Positions 48,720 to 58,820 of a DNA stretch of 64,000 nucleotides are shown here, one piece after another. This DNA comes from Patescibacteria group bacterium (GTDB taxonomy: Bacteria > Patescibacteriota > Patescibacteriia > GWA2-46-9). The DNA lies in NCBI GenBank assembly GCA_041675205.1, contig JBAYUF010000001.1:20863-84862 (forward strand), written 5' to 3'. Position 1 is the first letter of the stretch. Every line of letters begins with the position of its first letter. Position numbers and translations under genes: made by a program. Under the pieces are notes generated by a model. It had not been told where the DNA came from. It was given only the letters and a program-made list of their open reading frames with translations, and did not search any database.

Positions 48720-50231
48720 ATGACACCACATTATTTAAATGACAAAGATCCCTGGTTACTGGGAGAGAATATTCCTGACTCAGATATTTTCTTTTTTCAA
48801 ATTGTCTTCTCGTCATTTACAAACGACAGAAGTTACTCGTTCATTAAAAAGTACAAGAAAGTAATAGCTCCGTACGATAAATTTAATATGAGTTTCTATT
48901 TTGGAGAGAGAGATTCGTATCTTGTTGCGGAGAGCGTATTAAGGGCTTTGATAGAGCGTCCAAAGTTTGCCACAGAGCTAAATCGTAATATTGTTGCCTG
49001 GTCCAAAAAACTTATGCTATTTGCGCGTAGGGTAGCAAGAAAACCTTTGCATAAATTTTCAAATACGGCATTGTGGCGGTTATATGATGAACATGATCGT
49101 GTGCATACCAAGCTATACACGTATGGATGGTTGCCAGTGTCGGTCGATATGTTTCACAACAATATGACCACTGAGCTAAAGCGACGCTTGGCAAAAGTCT
49201 GTACATCGAGTCAAGAAGTCAACGAAGCTTTTGTTTTACTTACGACTCCTTCACAAAAAACAATTATTGCCAAAGAGCGTGAAGAGTTTTTGGCGATTTA
49301 TACTAAAGCAAAACCATATCTAAGAAAGAGTGTTACTGCTGTTGCATTTCCGCTAAGCCTTCAGAGACTCTGTCGTCGACATCAGCAGCGCTGGGGGCAT
49401 CTTGGATATATTTACGCCGGTAATGTAGAGCCGTTTTCGGTGCAATATTATATTCAAGAGATGGTTGATCTTAAGCGAAGCAACATAGAGGTAAGTAGTT
49501 TATTGATAAAAGAAAAAAGCCAATTGCTGGAAGCAGTGCGTAAGCAAAAAGCATTTTATAAAAAAAATAAGATGTCTCCTGAAGATGTGCGTTTATTTGC
49601 CGCCGCGAGAGATTTTTCAATAAGTAAACTTTTTCGCCGCCACGCCCAGCTGCTTGATCTTTATCTTCTGCACAAAAGCTTATTATCAGAAATTGCTCAG
49701 CGCCTTAGCCTGACACGTTTTCAGGTCCAGTTTATGTTGAAAGACGAAATAAAGGCGGCGCTTATCAATGGCAAAGTTGATGACTCCTTGTTGTCTGAGC
49801 GTTTAAAACAGGGCGTTTATTATACGGAGCCGGGTCTTGAAACTGTTTACACGGGCCGCAAGGCACGAGTCTTGGCTAAGGCGCTTGCTAGTGTTGGCAT
49901 TGGTGAAGGGGACGAAGTTACTGGTCAAACGGCCCAACCGGGTTATGCAAAAGGTGTTGTGAAAATTATTATTCGGGCGAAGGATATCGCAAAGATGAAT
50001 AAAGGTGACATTTTGGTGTCTATCGCTACTGACCCTGATATTGTGCCAGCCATGAAAAAAGCCGGAGCGATTGTTACTGATCAGGGCGGCATAACGTCGC
50101 ATGCCGCAATTGTAAGTCGAGAGCTAAATAAGCCGTGCGTGATAGGAACTAAATATGGCAGTAAGATTTTTAAAGACGGCGATATTGTTGAAGTAGATGC
50201 AACGAACGGGATTGTAAGAAAAGTTACTTAA
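48720..50231 (+). CDS. PEP-utilizing His-swivel domain protein 1 with large N-terminal helical domain
   Basis: C-terminal GDILVSIATDPD..GGITSHAAIVSRELNKPCVIGT..VEVDATNGIV. Confidence 0.88.
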   Translation: MTPHYLNDKDPWLLGENIPDSDIFFFQIVFSSFTNDRSYSFIKKYKKVIAPYDKFNMSFYFGERDSYLVAESVLRALIERPKFATELNRNIVAWSKKLMLFARRVARKPLHKFSNTALWRLYDEHDRVHTKLYTYGWLPVSVDMFHNNMTTELKRRLAKVCTSSQEVNEAFVLLTTPSQKTIIAKEREEFLAIYTKAKPYLRKSVTAVAFPLSLQRLCRRHQQRWGHLGYIYAGNVEPFSVQYYIQEMVDLKRSNIEVSSLLIKEKSQLLEAVRKQKAFYKKNKMSPEDVRLFAAARDFSISKLFRRHAQLLDLYLLHKSLLSEIAQRLSLTRFQVQFMLKDEIKAALINGKVDDSLLSERLKQGVYYTEPGLETVYTGRKARVLAKALASVGIGEGDEVTGQTAQPGYAKGVVKIIIRAKDIAKMNKGDILVSIATDPDIVPAMKKAGAIVTDQGGITSHAAIVSRELNKPCVIGTKYGSKIFKDGDIVEVDATNGIVRKVT

Positions 50232-50236
50232 ATAAT

Positions 50237-51709
50237 GTGACTCAAAAAGGAAAACAAGAGTGGATACTAGGAAACGAGGAGGAGGGCGTTAGCCCGTGGT
50301 CCTTGGGTGTTTTTACGCCAGCCTTTCGTTTTGGTGTTGCTCGTCGCGCTCAATATTCCATCCCACACTTCATTGTGTTTGAAGGTACTCATATGCGTTG
50401 GATACCTAGTAAAAAAGATACAGAACAACTCTCAGAAAGGTTATTGAAGAAACAAATAAAAAATCAAAATTACCTTACGTTTGTGAGCCATCAATCGGTC
50501 AAATCTTGTGATAGATTGTATGACTTTTCTGATAAATGTTTAGAATATAATTACAGCCCTCTTAGCAATAAAGAGTTCGCCAACTTTTTTATCAATCACG
50601 AAAAGTTAGTTAGGGATGTTCTTGGTTGGGGCGTACTCCCGGCCTTAATGGATATTCCGCGCCCGGTGCTTTCCGATTACGCTACAGAGCTGCTATCTAA
50701 AAGAATTCGCCAGTTAAAGTTAATGGATTCTTCGGCCGATTGTTTTGCCAGCTTAACTGCGGATATTGATAATAATATTCAACGGCAAGAACGGTTAGCT
50801 TTAAAACGATTGGCCGTTGTGATTTACAAAAATCAGAAAAATGTAGAGGAGCGAATAAAAAAACATATAGCCAAATTTTCTTGGGCTTACTACGGATATA
50901 TTGGGCCAATACTTAATGCTGGCCATGTAAAAAAGGAACTTAAAAGGTTGTTTAAAGAAATTAAAAAAACAGAAAAAGAATTAAAACAATTGCCACACGA
51001 AAAAAGACAAATCAAAAAAAAGCGATTGGAAATGGAACGTAAGTTAAAATTGACCACAGCCGAGCGTAAACTTTTTGAAGGAATGAGAGAAGTGATGATT
51101 ATGAAGGCTGCTCGTCGTGATGCCTTGTCTTATTCTTTTTATGCTATGCAAGGCGCACTTCAAGAGCTTGCTCGGCGGTCTGGTGTGTCAATTAATCATA
51201 TTCAAAACGTAGCTCCTTGGGAGCCGTCGTTACTGCTTCAAGGTAATTCTGATTTAAAAAAGGAATTACCAAAACGAAGTAAGATTTGTATTCTCGATGG
51301 AACTACTGTTAAACTTCGCGTTTTGTCTGGTGTCAAAGCAAAACAGTTTTTAAAGCAAAATTATAAGTCTGAAGTAGTAAAAAACAGTAAGGAGTTAAAA
51401 GGTCAGGTTGCCTGTGTAGGTATGGCTAGAGGTAAGGTAAAAATTGTTAATACGCCGTCTGACATGGTCAAGATGAAGCAAGGGGACATTCTTGTTTCTA
51501 TTGCCACCACACCGGATATTGTGAGTGCTATGCGTAAAGCGGGAGCCATTGTAACGAATACTGGGGGTATTACCTCTCATGCGGCAATTGTGTCTCGGGA
51601 GCTTAATGTTCCCTGCGTGATAGGTACGAAGTTTGCAACCCAGGTATTTAAAGATGGTGATATGGTTGACGTGGATGCAAACAAGGGAATCGTGAGACGG
51701 ATTAAATAA
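50237..51709 (+). CDS. PEP-utilizing His-swivel domain protein 2
   Basis: GGITSHAAIVSRELNVPCVIGT at the C-terminus; ~380-aa N-terminal domain. Confidence 0.88.
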   Translation: MTQKGKQEWILGNEEEGVSPWSLGVFTPAFRFGVARRAQYSIPHFIVFEGTHMRWIPSKKDTEQLSERLLKKQIKNQNYLTFVSHQSVKSCDRLYDFSDKCLEYNYSPLSNKEFANFFINHEKLVRDVLGWGVLPALMDIPRPVLSDYATELLSKRIRQLKLMDSSADCFASLTADIDNNIQRQERLALKRLAVVIYKNQKNVEERIKKHIAKFSWAYYGYIGPILNAGHVKKELKRLFKEIKKTEKELKQLPHEKRQIKKKRLEMERKLKLTTAERKLFEGMREVMIMKAARRDALSYSFYAMQGALQELARRSGVSINHIQNVAPWEPSLLLQGNSDLKKELPKRSKICILDGTTVKLRVLSGVKAKQFLKQNYKSEVVKNSKELKGQVACVGMARGKVKIVNTPSDMVKMKQGDILVSIATTPDIVSAMRKAGAIVTNTGGITSHAAIVSRELNVPCVIGTKFATQVFKDGDMVDVDANKGIVRRIK

Positions 51710-51719
51710 CTAGCAGTTT

Positions 51720-53240
51720 ATGGCATCAAAAAAAGATTGGTATGTTTGGGGTGAGTGGCCAGGAATTCCCTGGTTCAATAGTTGTTATATGTACACTCTT
51801 TCGTTAGATCTTTCAAAACGTACTGGTATACCAATTACACATTTTGCGACTGATTATAAAGAAGGGGTTCAACGCGTTTATTTGTTACGGCATGAATGGG
51901 AAAATGGTGGATTTTTGTATCTCAAAAAAATTCTCAGGAATCCTAATAGTTTAATCAAAGCGTTGGAGTCTATTGAGAGTAATGCAAAGAAATTAAAAGA
52001 GTTTAATAGCGAGGTACGGAAAATTGCAGTGGAAGCTTGCACATTGAATGAGTTGGCAACATTGTGTCATCGGTTTCACAAAATTAACCATGAATTATGG
52101 TCTGCGGGGATGGTTCCCAATTTATTAGAATTAAACCAAGCGCACCTTTCGGGTTATTTGCGCGGGTATATTAACAAACAAACTAAATCAGATATTTCTG
52201 CAGATGACTGGCAAATTTTGATTACGCCAACTAAAAAGTCGGCGGCCCAACAGGAAGAACTTTCGTTACTCTTGCTTGCTAATAAGATTTCAAAGAACAT
52301 CAAGTTGAGACAGTTGTTTGAACGCAAGCAAAATGACGTTTCTGAAGCAATCGAGCTTTTACATTTTCCAAAGATTAAACAAGAAATTCGTCAGCATTAC
52401 CAGAAATATAAATGGTTACAATTTGGATGGACTGGCCCAGATTCTACTCCTGAACAACTAATCGGACGATTGGCGGCCCTACTTCACGAAGGTTATGTTT
52501 CAACCTGCCTTCAGGACAAAATTCAGGCGGAACAAGTAGTAGCAAGGAAACAAAAATCATTGCTGTCGTCGATTGGCGTTGATAGAGAACATCGACAGTT
52601 GTTACAGTTACTTCAACGAATATTATTTGTAAAGACAGTACGCATGGATGCGCTTTACGAAGGTTACTCAGCCTTTCATCCGGTAGTACAGGAGATTGCT
52701 AAGCGTTTTTCACTTTCCTTGAATCAGCTTTATATGGTGTACCTTGGTGATTTAGAACATGCGGTGAGAACAAAATCCTTTGACCATGAAAAATTAAATG
52801 CACGTTCCCGTTATTCTGCGTGTATTAAACAGAACGATCGTCTTGTATTTTACAGTGGTGAGCAAGCCCATAAGAAAATGAGCTTAATAATTTCAAGTTT
52901 ACCCAAGGTTAAAAAAACCCATACAGTTAGTGGTGAGTGTGGGTATCCGGGGAAGATCAGTGGTGTAATTAGGTTCGTTCCGACATCGAAGGATATGTAT
53001 AAAGTAAAAAAGGGAGATATTTTATTATCCCAAGCAACTGACCCGTCTTTTTTGCCGGCCATGGAAAAGGCTGCTGGCTTTGTTACGGATTTGGGTGGCT
53101 TAACAGCTCATGCCGCTATTGTCGCTCGTGAAATGAAAAAACCTTGCGTGGTTGGTACAAAAATTGCCACAAAGATTTTTAAGGATGGCGATATAGTTGA
53201 AGTGGACGCAAGTAGGGGGATTGTTAAGAGAATAAAGTAG
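51720..53240 (+). CDS. PEP-utilizing His-swivel domain protein 3
   Basis: GGLTAHAAIVAREMKKPCVVGT at the C-terminus; ~400-aa N-terminal domain. Confidence 0.88.
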   Translation: MASKKDWYVWGEWPGIPWFNSCYMYTLSLDLSKRTGIPITHFATDYKEGVQRVYLLRHEWENGGFLYLKKILRNPNSLIKALESIESNAKKLKEFNSEVRKIAVEACTLNELATLCHRFHKINHELWSAGMVPNLLELNQAHLSGYLRGYINKQTKSDISADDWQILITPTKKSAAQQEELSLLLLANKISKNIKLRQLFERKQNDVSEAIELLHFPKIKQEIRQHYQKYKWLQFGWTGPDSTPEQLIGRLAALLHEGYVSTCLQDKIQAEQVVARKQKSLLSSIGVDREHRQLLQLLQRILFVKTVRMDALYEGYSAFHPVVQEIAKRFSLSLNQLYMVYLGDLEHAVRTKSFDHEKLNARSRYSACIKQNDRLVFYSGEQAHKKMSLIISSLPKVKKTHTVSGECGYPGKISGVIRFVPTSKDMYKVKKGDILLSQATDPSFLPAMEKAAGFVTDLGGLTAHAAIVAREMKKPCVVGTKIATKIFKDGDIVEVDASRGIVKRIK

Positions 53241-53248
53241 TATTTAGT

Positions 53249-53277
53249 TTGACAAATCACTAATAAAAGGGTATAAT
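53249..53277 (+). promoter_or_regulatory. Consensus sigma70 promoter
   Basis: TTGACA-17 nt-TATAAT. Confidence 0.85.
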
Positions 53278-53305
53278 TGCTTTATTAAATTTAAATAAGA
53301 TTATT

Positions 53306-54193
53306 ATGTTTCACGAAAATTCATTTTCCGAGGCGCACAGAGAAGCAAAAGATGAAGGGAGAGAAAAAGGGAAAAATGTTTCTGTACAGTTTGTTTTTAG
53401 ACGTCATGAGGAGCCAGGAAAGACTCCAACAGGTATGTCAGCAGATTTTTTAACTGAGAAAGGAATCGCTGGTGCGAAGCAGCGTGGACATGACTTAGCA
53501 AACAGTGGTGAGTACGTAATGTTTTTTGGTAGTAAAGGTGTTCAACGGGCACGTGAGACCGCGGGGCATATGATTGGCACATTTCGTGATGAAGCAGGGG
53601 CTGCTGCACTTATTAATAAGCCAATGACAGCAGAGGATCAGCAACGTGCAGGTCATGGTGAATTACCGCCCGGAGACGTTGCTATTTATCGATCGAGTGA
53701 TCTTAATCCTGTTCCTAATTTTGCCAAAATAAATGAAGCAGCAAAAGCTGAGGGGGCAAAGACGATAGATGAGAGCGTGCAGTACTGGTTGGATAATCCT
53801 GAAAAGGCAAAAGAGTTGGCTGCGGGAACCCCAGAGGAAACGGCTGCTGAGTTGGCACACCGATTGGGTCTTGGTATAAAAATGTCGGGGAAATTATACG
53901 AAGACACGAACTTAAGAGTGGAGAATTTGACTCATGGTCCGAAGCTCGAAGCGTTACTACATGAAGTAATGATTGATGATACTGGCAAACGGGGGTTTGG
54001 CCGACTCGAAGAGATGGGAGGAATGTTTCAACCAGGTGAAGATGTAAATTTGGCAATTCATCGTAATGATGAAGGGGAACTAGATCTAGGTGGTATAGAC
54101 TTTCGTGGAAAACACTATGGTGTAGATATGGAGCGTCTTGATGAGTTGCGAGACCTTTACAGGAAAATGCAGGAAGAAAAACGTAAAAAGTAA
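53306..54193 (+). CDS. Histidine phosphatase superfamily protein
   Basis: FVFRRHEE (RHG-like), LTEKG, S..V.RARETA, LTHG. Confidence 0.75.
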   Translation: MFHENSFSEAHREAKDEGREKGKNVSVQFVFRRHEEPGKTPTGMSADFLTEKGIAGAKQRGHDLANSGEYVMFFGSKGVQRARETAGHMIGTFRDEAGAAALINKPMTAEDQQRAGHGELPPGDVAIYRSSDLNPVPNFAKINEAAKAEGAKTIDESVQYWLDNPEKAKELAAGTPEETAAELAHRLGLGIKMSGKLYEDTNLRVENLTHGPKLEALLHEVMIDDTGKRGFGRLEEMGGMFQPGEDVNLAIHRNDEGELDLGGIDFRGKHYGVDMERLDELRDLYRKMQEEKRKK

Positions 54194-54209
54194 CAATTAA
54201 TTTCGAATC

Positions 54210-55181
54210 ATGTTCAGTAAGGTATTTGAGGAGATAACAAAAAAAAACGTTAAAGAAGCCGGAGGCAAAGGTGCATCATTGGGTGAAATGACCCACCTTC
54301 TCCAAGGATTCGGCGGGCAAGCCCACGGAGTGGTGCCGCCGGGTTTTGTTGTTCTGGCCGGTGCCTTTGATAGATTTCTGAAAGAAACTAATCTGAATCT
54401 TAAGATTGAAGCTGTTCTCAAAAAAGTAAAATCTAAGGATTTAAATTCAGTTGAAGTTGCCTCAGAAAAAATCAGAGCTCTGATGGAACGGGAGAAAATA
54501 CCAAAAGATATTCAGGTAGAAATTAAGGAATCATATCAAACGTTGAGCAAAGGAAGGGCTATGTTTGTGGCAGTTCGCTCGTCTGCCACCGCGGAAGATT
54601 CTAAGGCTGCTTCTTGGGCAGGGGAACTCGAAACGTATTTGAACGTCACAGAGAAAAATCTCATGCAGTCGGTCATGAAATGCTGGTCGTCATTATTTAC
54701 GCCGCGAGCTATTTTTTATCGCTTTGAGAAAAAGCTTCATCGTACCCCTGTTTCAGTCGCTGTTGTGGTGCAGCAAATGGTTCAGTCTGAAGTGTCAGGC
54801 ATTGCGTTTACTGTTCATCCAGTAACAAAGGATTACAACCAAATGGTTATAGAAGCGGGGTTTGGTCTTGGTGAGGCAATTGTATCTGGGCAAGTAACGC
54901 CAGATACGTATGTCATAGACAAAAAGAAATTTGGTCTTCTTGATATCAATGTATCAACACAAAAATTTAAAATTGTGAGAGGGCCGAAAGGCAACAGTGA
55001 TAAAAAATTGAGTGAGGCCGCGGGTAGTAAACAAAAACTAACTGGTAAAGAAATTATTGAGTTAGCTAAACTGTGTGTAGCTATTGAGAAGCATTATAAA
55101 CATCCGCAAGACATCGAGTGGGCTTTTGTAAAAGGAAAATTTTACATTACGCAGTCGAGGCCGATTACGACGCTCGGTTAA
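54210..55181 (+). CDS. Stand-alone PEP synthase/PPDK N-terminal ATP-grasp domain
   Basis: GGKGASLGEM, VAVRSSATAED, VVVQQMV, GLGEAIVSG, QDIEWA, QSRPITT; protein ends there. Confidence 0.92.
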   Translation: MFSKVFEEITKKNVKEAGGKGASLGEMTHLLQGFGGQAHGVVPPGFVVLAGAFDRFLKETNLNLKIEAVLKKVKSKDLNSVEVASEKIRALMEREKIPKDIQVEIKESYQTLSKGRAMFVAVRSSATAEDSKAASWAGELETYLNVTEKNLMQSVMKCWSSLFTPRAIFYRFEKKLHRTPVSVAVVVQQMVQSEVSGIAFTVHPVTKDYNQMVIEAGFGLGEAIVSGQVTPDTYVIDKKKFGLLDINVSTQKFKIVRGPKGNSDKKLSEAAGSKQKLTGKEIIELAKLCVAIEKHYKHPQDIEWAFVKGKFYITQSRPITTLG

Positions 55182-55196
55182 TTGTCAGTAAACGTT

Positions 55197-55240
55197 AACG
55201 ACCCCCTTGCTTCTCCTTGCAAGGGGGTCGTTCGTTATTT
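55197..55240. terminator. Hairpin/terminator between convergent genes
   Basis: AACGACCCCCTTGC-8 nt-GCAAGGGGGTCGTT. Confidence 0.75.
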
Positions 55241-55268
55241 CTTGCCAGTTGGTTGAGGCGCAGCCGTT

Positions 55269-55751
55269 TCAGCTGAGCAAGGACCACGCTTCGCGAAATT
55301 TCGCGTATTTCCCGCGATACGGTCGTTCTCTGGTCGACCGCGTGATGTAGGCACTCTTTTTCCCTGCAAGTGCATCCCAGGGTATAACGTATATCCGGTC
55401 TATGATTCGACCCTGGTTATTGGTCGGCACACAGACGAAGAAGTCGGTATACTCCTTCAGATGTTTTCTTGTTCTTCTCCTGCATGGGCCGAGGTTGAAG
55501 AAAGCGGCTTCATAGTGGTATCGGTATTCCCAGTTACCACTTTTCGTCCAACTAGACCGCTTTTTCATCCAGCCCGTTCGAACTGCTATGCGCTGAGTTC
55601 GTCCACCTACCTGGACAGTAAAATCGTAGCAGCATTGCCAGTCGCTATATCCGTAGACCTGATGGTACGAAATACCCAGGTCAGCGAACAATGTTGCCAT
55701 CCTCGCGACGGTCGCCGCGTGCACCATATGAGGTGCTTTTTTATTTTTCAT
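55269..55751 (-). CDS. PD-(D/E)XK nuclease-like protein
   Basis: YDFTVQVGG...RIAVRTG and DFFVCV..IYVIP pattern; ATG 55751 lies downstream of TTGACA-17-TAAGAT. Confidence 0.55.
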   Translation of the reverse strand: MKNKKAPHMVHAATVARMATLFADLGISYHQVYGYSDWQCCYDFTVQVGGRTQRIAVRTGWMKKRSSWTKSGNWEYRYHYEAAFFNLGPCRRRTRKHLKEYTDFFVCVPTNNQGRIIDRIYVIPWDALAGKKSAYITRSTRERPYRGKYAKFREAWSLLS

Positions 55752-55867
55752 CGGTGACACCCTCTTCAGTTGCTGGCCGTATCTTAGTTGATGCTCGTTT
55801 TGTGTCAATCTTTACATACTAACGCCCGAAACGTTATGATGAGCGCACTTCCAAAAGGCACTAGTGG

Positions 55868-55943
55868 GGCGGCCATGGTGTAGTGGTTAGCACAAGAGGT
55901 TGTGGACCTCTCGGTGAGGGTTCAATTCCCTCTGGCCGCCCCA
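55868..55943 (+). tRNA. tRNA-His(GTG)
   Basis: G-1 plus GCGGCCA/TGGCCGC stem, discriminator C, AGAGG-TTGTGGA-CCTCT anticodon arm, encoded CCA. Confidence 0.96.
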
Positions 55944-56180
55944 GTGGTGCTTTTTGTACTTTAAGGACAACCCTTCGGGTTTTCCTTAATATTCCTTTCC
56001 TTCAGCAAAGGCCGTTCGTTTCTTCTTCCGCGCGACAACGAGCAGAGCTCTACGGTCGCCGTGCTCAGAAGAAACTCACTATGATTTGATAAAAGCTAGC
56101 TGAGAAAGACTTACATCGAGTAAAGAGGCGACTAGAGATTTTTTTGAATACAGGTTTGGTCAATTTGCTATACTGACGGT

Positions 56181-58820
56181 ATGCAAGATACGAAACATAT
56201 TGCCTGGCATGCTGAGCCGGTTCGATTAGTGCTTGAACATTTTAATGTAGTGCCAGCGACCGGCTTACCAGTCGGGGCGGTTTCAAAACAGCGGTTGGTC
56301 GATGGTATGAATGAGTTGCCATTTCGTTCTGGCCCACGATGGTGGCAACTTGCCCTCCATCAGCTGACGAGCCCGCTCATTTTTATTTTATTATTGGCCG
56401 CTATTTTGACGGCATGGCTCGGCGAGACGGTTGATACAACCGTCATTCTCACCGTTGTTACTATCAATGCCGCCATTGGTTTTTTCCAAGAGTATCGATC
56501 ACAGCGAATGATGGAAGCGCTGCGACGAATCGTTCGCGTGACGACGATTGTTTTGCGCGATGGTACGCCGAAGCAGGTAGATGCGAGTGAGCTTGTGTGC
56601 GGGGATATCGTACTTTTGAAGACGGGGAGCAAGGTGCCAGCTGACGTTCGTCTTATTGAGACTACGGACTTTGCCGTAAATGAGGCACTGCTGACAGGTG
56701 AATCCGTTGCCGTGAAGAAACATACCGACCCAGTTGTTGAAGCGGCTGTTTTGGCAGACAGAACCAGCATGGTATGGATGGGAACAACCGTCGAACGCGG
56801 CGCAGCTAGTGGTGTTGTGGTGGCTACGGGATTGTTAACTGAAATGGGCAGAATTGCGGCGCTTTCCTCTTCGGAGGTGAATAGCAAAACACCACTGCAG
56901 CAACGGTTGCAGCAATTGGCTCGTACTATCGGTTGGGTCGTCTTTGCGGTTGGTGGCTTACTCATGGTGCTTGGGGTCATTAACGACATTCCTTTTACCA
57001 TTGCCTTTAAAACCGCTGTGGCTGTGGCAGTTGCTGCAATTCCGGAGGGCCTGGTGGCAGCACTCTCCGTTGTATTGGCCGTTGCGACGACGCGTATTTT
57101 GCGACAGCGCGGTCTTGTACGAACACCGTTGGCTGCTGAAACCTTGGGTTCTACAACGGTCGTGTGCACAGACAAGACCGGAACATTGACGGAAGGCATA
57201 ATGCAAGTACAAAGCGCCCATATTGTAGGTTCAAATACAGTGCCGCTTCTTACTTTGGCACTTGCGAACGAAGCCGTTATTGAACAGCAAGAAGTCGGTA
57301 CGGTTATTCGTGGTGAATCGACAGATCAAGCAAAACTGAATTACGCAATTTCTCAAAATAGTGAATTGACGAATGCACGATTACACTATCTTGAGCAATT
57401 TTTTTTACCTTTTGATTCAACCGCTAAATACATTGCCACGTTTGTGACTGATCCGGCTGACCCTGGTGTTTTGCGGATACTTGTTTGTGGGGCACCCGAA
57501 GTACTGCTCGCTTCGTCATCGGTACTTGGAAACGGTGAGGTATTAGGTACTTCTCAGCAGATTTCATTAAAAGCCGAGCACGATACGCTTGCGAGAAAAG
57601 GGTTGCGGGTAATCGCAGTCGCTGACCGTACAGTTTCGATCAAAGAAGCGCCTCATGACATTGCGGCCGCACGTGTGCTGATTCACGACTTAACGTTCCG
57701 TGGGGTATATACGTTGGCTGACCCAATTCGGTCAGACGTTATCGAGACATTACAAGAAACACGGGCTGCTGGACTGCGAGTGGTCATGGTGACTGGAGAT
57801 CATCTCCTTACCGCCAGTGCGATTGGTGCAACTTTAGGGTTTCGAACAGCGCATGAGTTTATTGCCGATGGATTATATCTTGATACGTTGGATGATGACG
57901 CATTGCGTCGTGCGGTGTCTCGCATTGAAATTTATTGCCGCGTTACACCAGAGCATAAAATGCGAATCGTGCAGGCTTTTCTGGCAAATGGCGAATCAGT
58001 CGCCATGACCGGGGACGGCATCAATGATGCCCCTGCATTACGTGCGGCGGATATTGGTATCGCCACAGTTTCCGCGACGGACGTAACAAAGGAGGCGGCT
58101 GACCTCGTGCTGCTTACGAATGGACTGGGTACGATTGCCGCGGCCATTCGTGAAGGGCGAATTGCTTTTGATAATATCAAGAAGGTGGCACTGTTTCTTT
58201 TTTCGGCGTCGTTTACTGAGCTTATCTTGATTTTAGCCGCAATTTTCGTTGCTGCACCACTACCACTAACGCCCGTCATGATTCTTTGGGCAAATGTTAT
58301 TCAGGATGGGCTGCCGACTTTTTCATTGGCGTTTGAGCGAGGCGAACAGGATGTTATGCGTCGTCCACCCGTGCCTCGTCGTGCGCCAATCTTAGATTCT
58401 GACGGTCGTATTATCATATTCGGCACTGCGGTTATTCGCGACGGGCTGCTGGTTGGCGTCTACTTCTTCTTTCTTTGGGGGTTGTCGTATCCCTTACTGT
58501 ACGCCCAGACGATCATGTTTGCCGCTATTGCCATTAATCCACTCCTGTATATTTTTGCTCTGCGCTCTTTCCGCCAACCCATTTGGCGGACGGGCCTCCG
58601 GGGTAATTGGTTCCTATTGGTGGCGAGCGCATTCGGTCTGCTTCTGGCTGGCGTTGCCATCTATCATCCTCTGTTCCAGCGTTATCTTGGTACAACAGCG
58701 CTTCTGCCACGTCATCTCGGTGTCATCCTTGTAGTTGCACTTTTTAATGTCGTGGTGATTGAACTTGTAAAGTACGTCGCTCGTAATCGCACCAATCCGT
58801 TGCGCACGGCAAGTGCCTAG
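56181..58820 (+). CDS. Cation-transporting P-type ATPase (type II, Ca2+-like)
   Basis: TGES, IPEGL, DKTGTLT, TGD, TGDGINDAPAL. Confidence 0.95.
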   Translation: MQDTKHIAWHAEPVRLVLEHFNVVPATGLPVGAVSKQRLVDGMNELPFRSGPRWWQLALHQLTSPLIFILLLAAILTAWLGETVDTTVILTVVTINAAIGFFQEYRSQRMMEALRRIVRVTTIVLRDGTPKQVDASELVCGDIVLLKTGSKVPADVRLIETTDFAVNEALLTGESVAVKKHTDPVVEAAVLADRTSMVWMGTTVERGAASGVVVATGLLTEMGRIAALSSSEVNSKTPLQQRLQQLARTIGWVVFAVGGLLMVLGVINDIPFTIAFKTAVAVAVAAIPEGLVAALSVVLAVATTRILRQRGLVRTPLAAETLGSTTVVCTDKTGTLTEGIMQVQSAHIVGSNTVPLLTLALANEAVIEQQEVGTVIRGESTDQAKLNYAISQNSELTNARLHYLEQFFLPFDSTAKYIATFVTDPADPGVLRILVCGAPEVLLASSSVLGNGEVLGTSQQISLKAEHDTLARKGLRVIAVADRTVSIKEAPHDIAAARVLIHDLTFRGVYTLADPIRSDVIETLQETRAAGLRVVMVTGDHLLTASAIGATLGFRTAHEFIADGLYLDTLDDDALRRAVSRIEIYCRVTPEHKMRIVQAFLANGESVAMTGDGINDAPALRAADIGIATVSATDVTKEAADLVLLTNGLGTIAAAIREGRIAFDNIKKVALFLFSASFTELILILAAIFVAAPLPLTPVMILWANVIQDGLPTFSLAFERGEQDVMRRPPVPRRAPILDSDGRIIIFGTAVIRDGLLVGVYFFFLWGLSYPLLYAQTIMFAAIAINPLLYIFALRSFRQPIWRTGLRGNWFLLVASAFGLLLAGVAIYHPLFQRYLGTTALLPRHLGVILVVALFNVVVIELVKYVARNRTNPLRTASA

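Noticed and set aside
48678-55181. Fragmented ppsA pseudogene
   Set aside because: ORFs are intact, the swivel domain is triplicated with different N-termini, and the domain order does not match PpsA
47340-55943. Integrative element with att sites at tRNA-His
   Set aside because: No integrase and no duplicated tRNA fragment seen
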